A stretch of 64,000 nt of DNA from an uncultured delta proteobacterium (GTDB lineage: Bacteria; Desulfobacterota; Desulfobacteria; Desulfobacterales; B30-G6): positions 32,001-96,000 of the forward strand of contig CAWGLD010000003.1 in the NCBI GenBank assembly GCA_963823335.1, written 5' to 3'. The notes beneath the pieces are model-generated. The model saw only the letters and a program-made list of their open reading frames with translations, was not told the DNA's origin and did no database searches. Positions 49,453 through 59,346 of this stretch are shown piece by piece (the first letter of the stretch is position 1; each line of letters opens with the position of its first letter). Position numbers and translations under genes: made by a program.

Positions 49453-51537
49453 CTAAGCAACGTTTTTTTTCTCTTCCTGGGCCTTTTTAATCAATTCTTC
49501 GGCAATGGATTGCGGTACCTGTTTGTAGTCTGAAAATTCCATGGTAAACTGCGCTTTTCCCTGTGTGGAGCTACGCAGTACCGTGGAGTATCCAAACATG
49601 TCCGCCAGGGGCACCCGTGCTTCGATAACGCACATGACCCCCTCATCCTGAGATCCCAGAATCATTCCTCGGCGCTGGTTCAGTGAGCCCATGACAGCAC
49701 CTTGAAATTCCGTCGGTGTTTCCACTACCACGGTCATGATCGGTTCCTGGATGACAGCCTTCGCCCTGGCGTAGCCTTCAAGAAAGGCTCCCCGTGCGGC
49801 TGCTTGAAAAGCCATTTCAGATGAATCCACCGCATGGGATGCACCATCGTTGATCAGCACCCGGATCCCGGTTACGGGTAGTTCCATTTTGGGCCCCTTA
49901 TCAAGACAGGCTCTGAATCCTTTTTCGCAGGCGGAGATAAACTGGGTGGGTATGGAGCCACCGGTTACTTTATTCTCGAATTCGAAATCATTCTCGGCTG
50001 TCGGTTCCAGGTAACCTGCAACCCGACCATACTGGCCTGAACCACCGGTCTGTTTCTTGTGGGTGTAATTGAATTCACCGCGCTGGGTAATGGTTTCCCG
50101 GTATGCAACCCGTGGCATGCCTGTTTCCACATTCGCATTGTACTCTCTTCGCATTCGTTCGATATAGACATCGAGATGAAGCTCCCCCATGCCCGATACA
50201 ATGGTGTCGCCTGTTTCATCGTTGACATAGGTTTTAAAGGTCGGATCTTCCTTGGTAAACCGATTGAGAGCTTTTGACATATTGTTTTGAGAAACTTTGT
50301 CTTTGGGAACAATGGCCAGCGAGATAACCGGCTCCGGAACATACATGGAGGTCATACTCAGATGCATTCCCTGAGCGGTAAACGTATCCCCTGAGGCACA
50401 CTCGATCCCAAAGAGGGCCCCGATATATCCGGCGGAGATGGTGTCGATGTCTTCCATTTGGTCGGCGTGCATACGAACCAGTCTGCCGACCTTTACCTTC
50501 TTGCCTGAACGGGCATTCACGATGGTACTCCCTTTGGATACAGATCCCTGATAGACGCGAATGTAAGTAAGCTGGCCGTATTTTCCATCTTCAAGTTTGA
50601 AAGCAAGCGCAACCAATGGTTTGCTTGAATCGGATACAAGGGTCACCACGTTTTCCGTGTTATCCATGTCCAGGGCCTGGTTTTCGATATCGGAAGGGCA
50701 GGGCAACAAATTGGTGACAGCATCCAGGAGGGGTTGCACACCTTTGTTTTTATAGGCTGAACCCATGAAGACCGGTGTCAGCTCACGGGTAAGCGTTCCT
50801 TTGCGGATAGCCCCTATGAGCAGGTCTTCTGTAACGTCGCCGTCTAGAGCGGCTTCCATGAGGTCATCTGAAAACATGGAGGCCGAGTCGATGAGTATTT
50901 CCCGCTTTTCTTCTGCCTCTGCCAGAAGAGCATCTGGTATGCTTTCCTCGCGGATCAGTTCGCCGTTATCACCGTCAAAGTAAAGGGCTTTCATGGACAC
51001 CAGGTCCACGACACCTTGCATGTCGGCTTCGAGACCTATGGGGATTTGCAAGGCAACGGCATTGTGACCCAGTTTTCTTTTGAGCTGTTCCATTACCCGG
51101 AACGGGTTTGCACCACTGCGATCACATTTGTTGATAAAGGCGATACAGGGAACTTTGTAGCGTTTCATCTGACGATCAACAGTGATAGACTGGGACTGGA
51201 CACCGCCCACTGAACACAAAACCAGGACTGCACCATCCAAGACCCGTAAGGATCGCTCGACCTCTATGGTAAAGTCGACATGCCCAGGCGTGTCGATGAT
51301 ATTGATCTGGTGATCGCGCCACTGGCAATAGGTGGCAGCCGAAGCAATGGTAATACCACGCTCTTTTTCAAGTTCCATGGAATCCATGGTGGCTCCGACA
51401 CCGTCTTTGCCCTTGACATCATGAATAGTATGGATCCTGTTGGTATAGAACAAGATTCTTTCCGTCAATGTTGTTTTGCCCGAATCGATATGGGCACTGA
51501 TACCGATATTGCGGACATTTGTTAAGCCGTTAATCAT
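49453..51537 (-). CDS. fusA: Elongation factor G (spirochete/planctomycete/delta EF-G1 type)
   Basis: [42 protein letters not shown] typical of mtEF-G1/spdEF-G1. Confidence 0.95.
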   Translation of the reverse strand: MINGLTNVRNIGISAHIDSGKTTLTERILFYTNRIHTIHDVKGKDGVGATMDSMELEKERGITIASAATYCQWRDHQINIIDTPGHVDFTIEVERSLRVLDGAVLVLCSVGGVQSQSITVDRQMKRYKVPCIAFINKCDRSGANPFRVMEQLKRKLGHNAVALQIPIGLEADMQGVVDLVSMKALYFDGDNGELIREESIPDALLAEAEEKREILIDSASMFSDDLMEAALDGDVTEDLLIGAIRKGTLTRELTPVFMGSAYKNKGVQPLLDAVTNLLPCPSDIENQALDMDNTENVVTLVSDSSKPLVALAFKLEDGKYGQLTYIRVYQGSVSKGSTIVNARSGKKVKVGRLVRMHADQMEDIDTISAGYIGALFGIECASGDTFTAQGMHLSMTSMYVPEPVISLAIVPKDKVSQNNMSKALNRFTKEDPTFKTYVNDETGDTIVSGMGELHLDVYIERMRREYNANVETGMPRVAYRETITQRGEFNYTHKKQTGGSGQYGRVAGYLEPTAENDFEFENKVTGGSIPTQFISACEKGFRACLDKGPKMELPVTGIRVLINDGASHAVDSSEMAFQAAARGAFLEGYARAKAVIQEPIMTVVVETPTEFQGAVMGSLNQRRGMILGSQDEGVMCVIEARVPLADMFGYSTVLRSSTQGKAQFTMEFSDYKQVPQSIAEELIKKAQEEKKNVA

Positions 51538-51763
51538 TTTTTGTTCTTCCTTCTCAGAGGTTCCTCGACTGACCTATTTAAAACGTATATGCTTTTGAAA
51601 CACAAAAACACAAAAACACGAAAAAGTGATAAAATTTTCGTAGGTTCGATAACGGGTATCTATTTATTTGGGAAAATTCAGTGCAGGAAAACCCGGTCTG
51701 AAAGTCATAAAATAACGCCATCTCTCTTAGAGATGGCGTCATGATACCACAAAAAAGTGCACA

Positions 51764-51792
51764 AATATAGGGATGAGAATCGGTATTGTCAA
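51764..51792 (-). promoter_or_regulatory. Putative sigma70 promoter of fusA
   Basis: Minus strand TTGACA-17nt-TATATT. Confidence 0.6.
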
Positions 51793-51861
51793 CATAAATT
51801 TTCATGTTCAACTATTCGTAACGTAGCATGAAACTCATATTTTAGGAAAATATCTATTCTC

Positions 51862-51937
51862 TGAACCGAAAAAGCGAGCGCATTCCCCGTAGGTTCTGCC
51901 GTTCGGCAGTGCTTCGCACGCTGCGAGGTTCTTCAAT
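51862..51937. mobile_element. Family B element (76 bp)
   Basis: One mismatch to the reverse complement of 53272-53347. Confidence 0.88.
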
Positions 51938-52118
51938 AACGGGCATGATAACTTATGAATAAAATCTGTTGAAGCGACCGTCAGTATTTACTATGTAAGC
52001 AAGGCAGGTTGAACGCCATTGCCCAACTTCTGGTTTTCACCTGAGAATGCTGCAGGGCGCTCTTCAATGTAGAAAAATGGGGCAGTAACCCATGAAAAAA
52101 GTGAGAGACACATAAACA

Positions 52119-52820
52119 ATGCTCAAAAATTCGATTCTGCCGGGTGTTAAAGCTGCCTGGCCCATCTGCCTGGGGTATATCCCCATAGGTCTGGCGTTTG
52201 GCGTCTTGGCACAGAAAGCCGGTATGACATGGCTTCAAATTGTCTTGATGTCATCCATCGTGTTTGCAGGGAGTTCACAATTTATTGCTGTCTCCATGCT
52301 GGCGAATGGATCTGCGGCCCTGGCCGTGATAATAACTGCATTTTTCGTAAACCTCAGGCACCTGCTCATGAGCTCCTCTTTGGCCACTCTGCTGCAAAAC
52401 GAGCACCGGGGCAAGCTCTCTGTTTTTGCATACGGGGTCACCGATGAAAGCTTTGCTATCAATTATACGCGTCTCCTGGCCGGGGACTGGGACCTGAACA
52501 GGTCTCTGGTGCTAAACCATACGGCCAATGCCTGCTGGATCCTGAGTACGGTTGCCGGTGGATTTTTCGGTCACCTTATTCCTGCTCACAGCCTGGGTAT
52601 CGATTATGCCCTGATTGCCATGTTTATCTGTCTTCTTGTTTTTCAACTCAGCAGCCGTCTGATTGTTTTGACGGCAATTATTGCCGGTGTGCTGTCGGTG
52701 GCCCTGGCGCTTTGGGTTCCGGGCAATTCCTATATTGTTCTGGCTTCTGTGATTGCCGCAACCATCGGGATAGGTATCGGGAAGTTTTCTCGCACATTTC
52801 CAGCAGGGAAGGGGGATTGA
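52119..52820 (+). CDS. azlC: AzlC family branched-chain amino acid exporter
   Basis: GYIPIGLAFG, FAGSSQF, VNLRHLLM, TDESFA. Confidence 0.9.
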   Translation: MLKNSILPGVKAAWPICLGYIPIGLAFGVLAQKAGMTWLQIVLMSSIVFAGSSQFIAVSMLANGSAALAVIITAFFVNLRHLLMSSSLATLLQNEHRGKLSVFAYGVTDESFAINYTRLLAGDWDLNRSLVLNHTANACWILSTVAGGFFGHLIPAHSLGIDYALIAMFICLLVFQLSSRLIVLTAIIAGVLSVALALWVPGNSYIVLASVIAATIGIGIGKFSRTFPAGKGD

Positions 52821-52822
52821 GC

Positions 52823-53143
52823 ATGCCCGATACCTATGTCTTTATCATTGCCGCCATGGGGCTGGTGACCTATATTCCCCGGTGGCTGCCCCTGTTTATC
52901 TTGACGAAATATACATTGCCGGGGTGGTTCAAGGAATGGCTGGCCCTTATCCCGGCCTCTGTCCTTAGTGCCTTACTGCTGCCGGCCCTTGTGACCGGAG
53001 GCGATCCACGCCACCTTGATATCCTGCGGCCTGAAATGTGGGTGGCGGTTCCCACTTTTGTATTTGCCCTGGTAACCAAATCTCTGGGTGGCACGGTGGT
53101 GGTGGGGATGGTGCTGTTCTGGCTAGGCGGGAAGCTTTTTTAA
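52823..53143 (+). CDS. azlD: AzlD domain protein
   Basis: MGLVTYIPRWLP, IPASVLSALL; follows azlC. Confidence 0.85.
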   Translation: MPDTYVFIIAAMGLVTYIPRWLPLFILTKYTLPGWFKEWLALIPASVLSALLLPALVTGGDPRHLDILRPEMWVAVPTFVFALVTKSLGGTVVVGMVLFWLGGKLF

Positions 53144-53187
53144 GGGCCACATTCAATCCTACTCATGGCGACAGAATTACCTGGAGT

Positions 53188-53411
53188 AAAAAAACGAATG
53201 AACATCGAACATCGAACGCCCAACATCGAATGTTGAATTTGAGATATGAAGAAACAGACGTCGGTGTTGCTATTGAAGAACCTCGCAGCATGCGAAGCAC
53301 TGCCGAACGGCAGAACCTACGGGGAATGCGCTCGCTTTTTCGGTTCAACATTTTTTTCATTCGATGTTCGATGTTCAGCGTTCGATGTTGGACGTTCATC
53401 TTTAGGAAATC
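53188..53411 (+). repeat. Scaffold A carrying a family B element at 53272-53347 in opposite orientation
   Basis: Arms nearly identical to the 41289 copy. Confidence 0.88.
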
Positions 53412-53432
53412 ATCATATATGATAAACCGAAT

Positions 53433-53783
53433 TTATAATTCCGGTGGCCCGGATGGTATCATACAGGCAAATTGCAGGGTTTCGTTTCCACTGTTTCGGA
53501 TCTGGTGTTCTTCGTTGCCGGGGATGAATGCGGTGGTTCCGCTGGATACCGGAATCCATCTACCTTCTGAATAAACCTCTCCATTTCCTGAGAAAAAAAG
53601 AATTTCATGTTCCCAGGCGTGAGCGTGGCGTGGTGTGTATCCTTCCGGTTCAACTTCGAATATTCTCATGCAGAAGTTGTCGGCACCGTCGTTCTTCCCA
53701 ATGGCCACGCGGCCCTTGACACCCTTTACAGCATCACCGTCAAAAGTTGTAGGTTCGATATCTGAATAGTGAGTTATTTTCAT
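53433..53783 (-). CDS. Cupin domain protein
   Basis: TPRHAHAWEHE and IPGNEEH metal-binding motifs. Confidence 0.88.
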   Translation of the reverse strand: MKITHYSDIEPTTFDGDAVKGVKGRVAIGKNDGADNFCMRIFEVEPEGYTPRHAHAWEHEILFFSGNGEVYSEGRWIPVSSGTTAFIPGNEEHQIRNSGNETLQFACMIPSGPPEL

Positions 53784-54001
53784 TTATTGTTCTCCAGTGC
53801 TAATGGGTTGTTTCGATATAACTAAATTAAATCGGATCAGGTGACGTGTCAACCGGCAATCTCAGGTTGGTTAGTCTACAGCCTGATATGATTGACAGGC
53901 TCATATCATAAAATCATTACACGATATTATTTCTGTCTTGTCTGGTTCCTGCCGATAGTTTATGGTCATAGGTGATAATAAATCATGTGCCCCGGGGAGC
54001 T

Positions 54002-55873
54002 ATGAAAATGGATCTGAAAAAATACTGCCCTACAAAGCTGATGTCTGCCGAGAACGCCGTTGGGTTAATCAAGCGGGGAAGCCGTGTGTTCATAGGGACC
54101 GGATGTGGAGAGCCGCAGCATTTGATCCGATCGCTGGTTGAGAACGATCAGCTTCAAGATATTATGATATATCAAATGCTGTCACACACACTGGCAAAAT
54201 ATGTGGACAATCCTTCCTTTTTGCGACGTTTTTCCTTGAAGCTTTTTTTTATCAGTCAGGATATGCGCAAAGCGGCATTCGAAGGCAAGATCGATTATCT
54301 GCCCATGTATCTGTCCCAGATCCCACGATACTTTTCAAGTCAGCGGATTGGTCTTGACGTGGCGCTTATACAGGTCGCTCCTCCAGACAAATTCGGATAC
54401 TGCAGCCTCGGGGTGTCTGTGGATATCACTCGCTCCGGGATGGAAAACGCCAAGTTAGTGATCGCCCAGATAAATCCCCGAATGCCCAGAACATGGGGCG
54501 ACAGTTTCGTGCATGTAGATGAATTGGATTTTCTGGTATGGCATGAGGAACCCCTGGTGGAATCGGTGCCCAATGTCAAAGACAACGAAGTTGCCCAGCG
54601 AATCGGGTTTTATGTCAACCAGCTGGTGGATGATGGCGCAACGCTCCAGATCGGGTTCGGTCAACTTCCTTTTGCTATCCTGGGGCATCTCGAAGATAAA
54701 AAGGATCTCGGTATTCACACCCAGCTGATTACCGACGGATTTATACCGCTGCTGGAAAAACGGGTTATCACCAACAAGAAAAAAACATTGTTGCCGGGAC
54801 GGGTGGTGGCCTCTCTGTGCATGGGATCTGAGAAGCTTTATCAATATGTGGACAACAATCCTGTTTTCTATTTTCGTTCCTCGGAATTTGTCAATGACCC
54901 AACGGTCATTGCGAGGAACAACAATCTTATTTCCATCAGTTCGGCACTCGAGGTTGATTTGACCGGTCAGGTGTGTTCGGACTCAACCGGCTACCTGTTC
55001 TACAGTGGTATTGGAGATCAGGTCGATTTTCTCAGGGGCAGCGCCATGTCCAAAGGTGGGTTCTCCATCATTGCTCTGCCATCCACAGCCCAAAATGGAA
55101 ATGTATCCCGTATCGTTCCTCATCTCAGCGAGGGGGCCGGTGTCGCCACGACCCGTGGTGACGTCAACTTTATCATCACCGAATATGGGATTGCCGAGCT
55201 TCAGGGCAAGGGTATTTATCAACGCGTCATGGAACTGGCGCAGATCGCCCATCCCAAGTTCAGGGACGATCTCATCGAGGTTGCCAAAAAACGCCATTAT
55301 ATCTTTTCAGACCAGCTGCCACCATCCAGTGAGGACCTCCATTTTCTGGAAGCCTATAAAAGCATGTTTCTACTACCCAATGGCAAAACCATGGAAATCC
55401 GGCCTCTGCAGCCATCCGATGAATTTGCCTACAGGAATTTTTTCTATTCCCTTCGCGAGGAAACCATCTATTTTAGATTCTTTTACAAGATGAAGCTTTT
55501 TTCTCACGAGGTTGTCCAGAAACAGTGGGCGAGTGTCGACTACCGTAAGAACATGTCTTTGATCGGCATGGTTCAAAAAGGGGGGCACAAGGAGATCATG
55601 GCCATTGGCTCCTATGCAGATGATGGGGATAGGGCTGAGGTCGCGTTTGTGGTGAGGGAGGATTTTCAAAGTATGGGCGTGGCATCTCATTTCCTTACAA
55701 AGCTGGAAGCGATTGCCAGGGAAAACGATTACAAGGGATTCACCGCCACTGTCTTGAAAGAAAATAGTGCCATGCTGAGGGTGTTCAAAAGAAGGTATCC
55801 CAACGCGAAAGTGACGATGAGCGGCGGCAGCGACATATCGGTGGTCATGGACTTCACCGAAGCTGAACCATAG
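54002..55873 (+). CDS. Acetyl-CoA hydrolase/transferase family protein fused to C-terminal GNAT acetyltransferase
   Basis: DGATLQIG, EVDLTGQV, SGIGDQVDF, TEYGIA; then IRPL..D, AEVAFVV..FQSMG, ENSAML. Confidence 0.88.
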   Translation: MKMDLKKYCPTKLMSAENAVGLIKRGSRVFIGTGCGEPQHLIRSLVENDQLQDIMIYQMLSHTLAKYVDNPSFLRRFSLKLFFISQDMRKAAFEGKIDYLPMYLSQIPRYFSSQRIGLDVALIQVAPPDKFGYCSLGVSVDITRSGMENAKLVIAQINPRMPRTWGDSFVHVDELDFLVWHEEPLVESVPNVKDNEVAQRIGFYVNQLVDDGATLQIGFGQLPFAILGHLEDKKDLGIHTQLITDGFIPLLEKRVITNKKKTLLPGRVVASLCMGSEKLYQYVDNNPVFYFRSSEFVNDPTVIARNNNLISISSALEVDLTGQVCSDSTGYLFYSGIGDQVDFLRGSAMSKGGFSIIALPSTAQNGNVSRIVPHLSEGAGVATTRGDVNFIITEYGIAELQGKGIYQRVMELAQIAHPKFRDDLIEVAKKRHYIFSDQLPPSSEDLHFLEAYKSMFLLPNGKTMEIRPLQPSDEFAYRNFFYSLREETIYFRFFYKMKLFSHEVVQKQWASVDYRKNMSLIGMVQKGGHKEIMAIGSYADDGDRAEVAFVVREDFQSMGVASHFLTKLEAIARENDYKGFTATVLKENSAMLRVFKRRYPNAKVTMSGGSDISVVMDFTEAEP

Positions 55874-56064
55874 CCGATAATACCGCATCTACGGTGTCAG
55901 AGGCCGTCCCGCATGGTTAGGCTATGGCGGAACAGCCTCTTCCTTGTATCTGCGGCATTCTCGGCTATGGTTCGGTTTTGGTTCTTACCTAGATAAATAG
56001 ATTCAAACCTGGGGGTAAGCCATAAGCGCTAAGCTGCTTACAGCTAAAAGCTGGACTGGAAAAT

Positions 56065-56754
56065 ATGGAAATCGGCTCACCAGAATGGAAGGAAATGATT
56101 GTTGACGGGGCCCGGGGTTTGGGCATTGATGTCCAGCCGGGTCAGGCAGATCAATTTGCTGCACATGCGCTCATCCTCAAGGAATGGAATCAGAAGATAA
56201 ACCTGACTGCCATTGATTCCCCCATGGACATGGCCGTCAAGCACTTCCTTGATTCCATTCTTTCTTCCCGTTACATCAAGCCCGGCAGCAAGCTGCTGGA
56301 TGTCGGTTCTGGTGCCGGTTTTCCCGGGATCCCCCTCAAGATCATGATACAATCCCTGGATGTGATTCTGGTGGATGCCACCCGCAAAAAGGTCAGTTTT
56401 TTGAATCATGTCATTCGACGGCTTCGTCTCAGTCACATTACGGCCATACATTCCCGCATAGAGGATCTGCAGCAGGAATGGGAAGACAGGTTTGACGTTG
56501 TCGTATGTAGGGCCTTTTCGAACCTGGCCGACTTTGTTGAAAAGAGCTTGCCGTTGCTGGCGCCGGGCGGTCTGCTGCTGGCTTTCAAAGGCAGGGAGCT
56601 TGCGACCGATATGGTTCAAGTATCAACGAAGAATGGTGGTGAGGTATTCCGTGTTGCAGGAAAGAGTGTCGACACAGAGCTTCAGATGAAATGGGTGAGT
56701 TTCAAACTGCCGTTTCTGAACTTGTCGAGAACACTTGTCATGCTGACCCGCTGA
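56065..56754 (+). CDS. rsmG: 16S rRNA m7G527 methyltransferase
   Basis: WNQKINLTAI, HFLDS, DVGSGAGFPG, RAF. Confidence 0.93.
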   Translation: MEIGSPEWKEMIVDGARGLGIDVQPGQADQFAAHALILKEWNQKINLTAIDSPMDMAVKHFLDSILSSRYIKPGSKLLDVGSGAGFPGIPLKIMIQSLDVILVDATRKKVSFLNHVIRRLRLSHITAIHSRIEDLQQEWEDRFDVVVCRAFSNLADFVEKSLPLLAPGGLLLAFKGRELATDMVQVSTKNGGEVFRVAGKSVDTELQMKWVSFKLPFLNLSRTLVMLTR

Positions 56755-56827
56755 CCCGCAACAGCGGGCACATTCCTCGTAGGTTCTTCCGTTCGGCAGT
56801 GCTTCGCATGCTGCGAGGTTCTTCAAT
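56752..56827. mobile_element. Family B element (76 bp)
   Basis: TGACCCGCAACAGCGGGC...GCTGCGAGGTTCTTCAAT; its TGA is the rsmG stop. Confidence 0.85.
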
Positions 56828-56853
56828 CTGCTTCCGGCTGCTGCTGTTTCGAA

Positions 56854-57714
56854 TTACACCAAGCGGACGTGTTCGAAGGTATGCTCCTTGAGATCGAGGA
56901 TGAGAAGCCGGTTTCGCAGGCTGGAGTTTTTGTTAAGCAGGATGTTGACAACTTCAGCACATTCCAGGGACGCAACCAGGGACACGGTAAAGGCGAGATT
57001 ACCCAGAGCTGTTTCAGCACCTCTAGTGGCGGAAAGACTTTCTTCGGGACCGTATATCAGTTCGAGCCCCTTATCTTCGGGAAAAATGGCTGTTATCTGA
57101 CCCGAAAATCCTGCAACTGCCGCAGATACCATGGGAATTTCGGCATTTTTTGCGGCTTTTTCTAGAACAAAACGAGAATGGATATTGTCCAGGCAATCGA
57201 TTGCGATATCCGTATGTTCCAGAAAATTAGCAGCATTTTCCTGATCCATTTTTTCGGTATGGTCTTGGAGCAGTATCGAGGAGTTAATGGTCAGAATACT
57301 TTCCAGGGCAGCTGCAGTTTTGGTTTGTGAGAGGTTCTGCTCGGTGCTGAGTGCTTGTCTATTGAGATTGCTTTCATCGAAGGTGTCGCAGTCGACCACT
57401 GTCATGGCACCTACGCCTATTCTGGCCAGTGTTTCGACCACGGCGCCTCCTAGACCACCCAGACCGACCACGCAGACCCGGGACTGAAGAAGCATGATCT
57501 GGTCCTTAATGGAAAGGGCATCCATGTTGCGAATATAGCGTTCCGGAATGATGTCGTGTTCCAGGGCCAGAATATCGATTTCTTTTCGGGTTCTTCCTGA
57601 GCGCTGGGCAATATCGGCGGTGTCCAGGAGGGAGATGGTGCTGCGCTTGGAGCCGTCCGCTAGCGTCAGAAGGCGTGATGCTTCCGATAGCATGTCCGTG
57701 AGGTAGGGTTTCAA
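56854..57714 (-). CDS. ThiF/MoeB/HesA (E1-like) adenylyltransferase with N-terminal extension
   Basis: RYIRN, VGLGGLG, SNLNRQ, DCLDN; TTG start after GGAGG. Confidence 0.85.
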   Translation of the reverse strand: MKPYLTDMLSEASRLLTLADGSKRSTISLLDTADIAQRSGRTRKEIDILALEHDIIPERYIRNMDALSIKDQIMLLQSRVCVVGLGGLGGAVVETLARIGVGAMTVVDCDTFDESNLNRQALSTEQNLSQTKTAAALESILTINSSILLQDHTEKMDQENAANFLEHTDIAIDCLDNIHSRFVLEKAAKNAEIPMVSAAVAGFSGQITAIFPEDKGLELIYGPEESLSATRGAETALGNLAFTVSLVASLECAEVVNILLNKNSSLRNRLLILDLKEHTFEHVRLV

Positions 57715-57715
57715 A

Positions 57716-57949
57716 CTATCCACCTCCCACCGGCGGAAAGATCCCCAGGCGGTCACCGTCTTTCAAGACTGTATCCAACGACACCTTGAAATTATTGATA
57801 AAGATGAGTTTTGCTTTTGTTTCTGGAATTCCAAGTTGCTGAACAAGCGTGCGTACACTTGTCCCCGCTTCAATGGTGTGAGCACCCGATGCCTGGGGGG
57901 CAAATTCTTGAAGTGTCACAAAAAGTTTTAAATCGATGGAGATTGACAT
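57716..57949 (-). CDS. MoaD/ThiS ubiquitin-like sulfur carrier
   Basis: KLFVTL...LKDGDRLGIFPPVGGG C-terminus. Confidence 0.9.
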   Translation of the reverse strand: MSISIDLKLFVTLQEFAPQASGAHTIEAGTSVRTLVQQLGIPETKAKLIFINNFKVSLDTVLKDGDRLGIFPPVGGG

Positions 57950-58261
57950 GACAATTTACCTTGACTTTATTATCAATCCATCTGCGATATTCGACAAAAG
58001 GATTTATCACACCAGGGCAATATGATATATATGCCACGCTAACGTTTTCCGATCAAGTTATAAAATTGTGCGTGATCTTTTTCGTGATTTCAACCTTTCG
58101 TGATTTTGTGATAAAAGATCCTTTATTTCGACAAGCCGAGAGTTCACTATACTTCAAGATACATATCCGATTATTCTATAAAATAAGAGTTTTAAATATA
58201 AAAATATAAAGTAAGTTATTAACTTAAAAGGTAACTACTAAGGTTGCTCCAGGAGAAACAA

Positions 58262-59284
58262 ATGACATATCAATACAAAAACGTTCTGGTTACCGGTGTG
58301 GCTGGTTTTATTGGATTTAATCTGGCAATGCGCCTGCTCGGGGACGGTTGTCATGTGACGGGCATTGACAATCTCAACGCCTACTACGATGTCAACCTAA
58401 AAAAAGACCGGCTCAAACAGCTGGAAATCCATGACAACTTTACTTTTATCAAAATAGATCTGGCTGATAAAGACGCTATGCAGGCAGTTTTTCGACGCAC
58501 CTCCTTCGATGTCGTGGTGAACCTGGCAGCCCAGGCAGGTGTCCGATATTCGTTGAAAAACCCCCAGGCTTACGTTGATGCCAACATTGTCGGATTCACC
58601 AACATCCTGGAAAACTGCCGGCATACTTCTGTGCAGCATCTGGTCTATGCATCATCCAGTTCGGTCTATGGTGCCAACACCAAAATGCCTTTTTCGGTTC
58701 ACGACAACATCGATCACCCTGTTTCCCTTTACGCGGCTTCCAAAAAATGCAATGAACTCATGGCCCACGCATACAGCCATCTGTTTGGTCTGCCCTGCAC
58801 CGGTCTTCGGTTTTTTACAGTATACGGTCCCTGGGGCAGACCTGACATGGCCCTGTTTCTATTTACCCGGGCAATTCTGGAAGACAAACCCATCAAGGTT
58901 TTCAACCACGGAAAAATGCAGCGGGATTTCACTTATATCGACGATATTATCGAAGGGGTTGTGCGGGTCATGGGTCATCTCCCGGTTCCGAATCAAGAAT
59001 GGAACGGGGACATGCCGGACCCTGGAACGTCCTATGCACCCTACAAGATTTACAATATTGGAAACAACCAGCCCGTTGAATTGACGCAATTCATCACCGA
59101 AATCGAAAAGGCCCTGGGAAAAGAAGCCAAAAAATCCTACATGGATTTACAGCCGGGGGATGTGGTGGCAACCTATGCCGATGTGGATGACCTCATCAAG
59201 GATGTGGGATTCAAACCTGCGACACCCATCGATGTCGGTATCCAGCGGTTTGTTGCGTGGTACCGGGATTACTACGGGACCTAA
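58262..59284 (+). CDS. NAD-dependent epimerase (UDP-glucuronate 4-epimerase type)
   Basis: [36 protein letters not shown]. Confidence 0.9.
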   Translation: MTYQYKNVLVTGVAGFIGFNLAMRLLGDGCHVTGIDNLNAYYDVNLKKDRLKQLEIHDNFTFIKIDLADKDAMQAVFRRTSFDVVVNLAAQAGVRYSLKNPQAYVDANIVGFTNILENCRHTSVQHLVYASSSSVYGANTKMPFSVHDNIDHPVSLYAASKKCNELMAHAYSHLFGLPCTGLRFFTVYGPWGRPDMALFLFTRAILEDKPIKVFNHGKMQRDFTYIDDIIEGVVRVMGHLPVPNQEWNGDMPDPGTSYAPYKIYNIGNNQPVELTQFITEIEKALGKEAKKSYMDLQPGDVVATYADVDDLIKDVGFKPATPIDVGIQRFVAWYRDYYGT

Positions 59285-59346
59285 AAAGCTTCTACAGATA
59301 TTTCTATCCCATTGTCGCATAAAATATATTACTGGAGAAGACTGCC

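Noticed and set aside
53038-53574. ORFs containing EEPRSMRSTAERQNLRG (also the 5' part of 37325..37990) or PRRFCRSAVLRMLRG
   Set aside because: Translations of the family B and scaffold A repeats, not protein motifs
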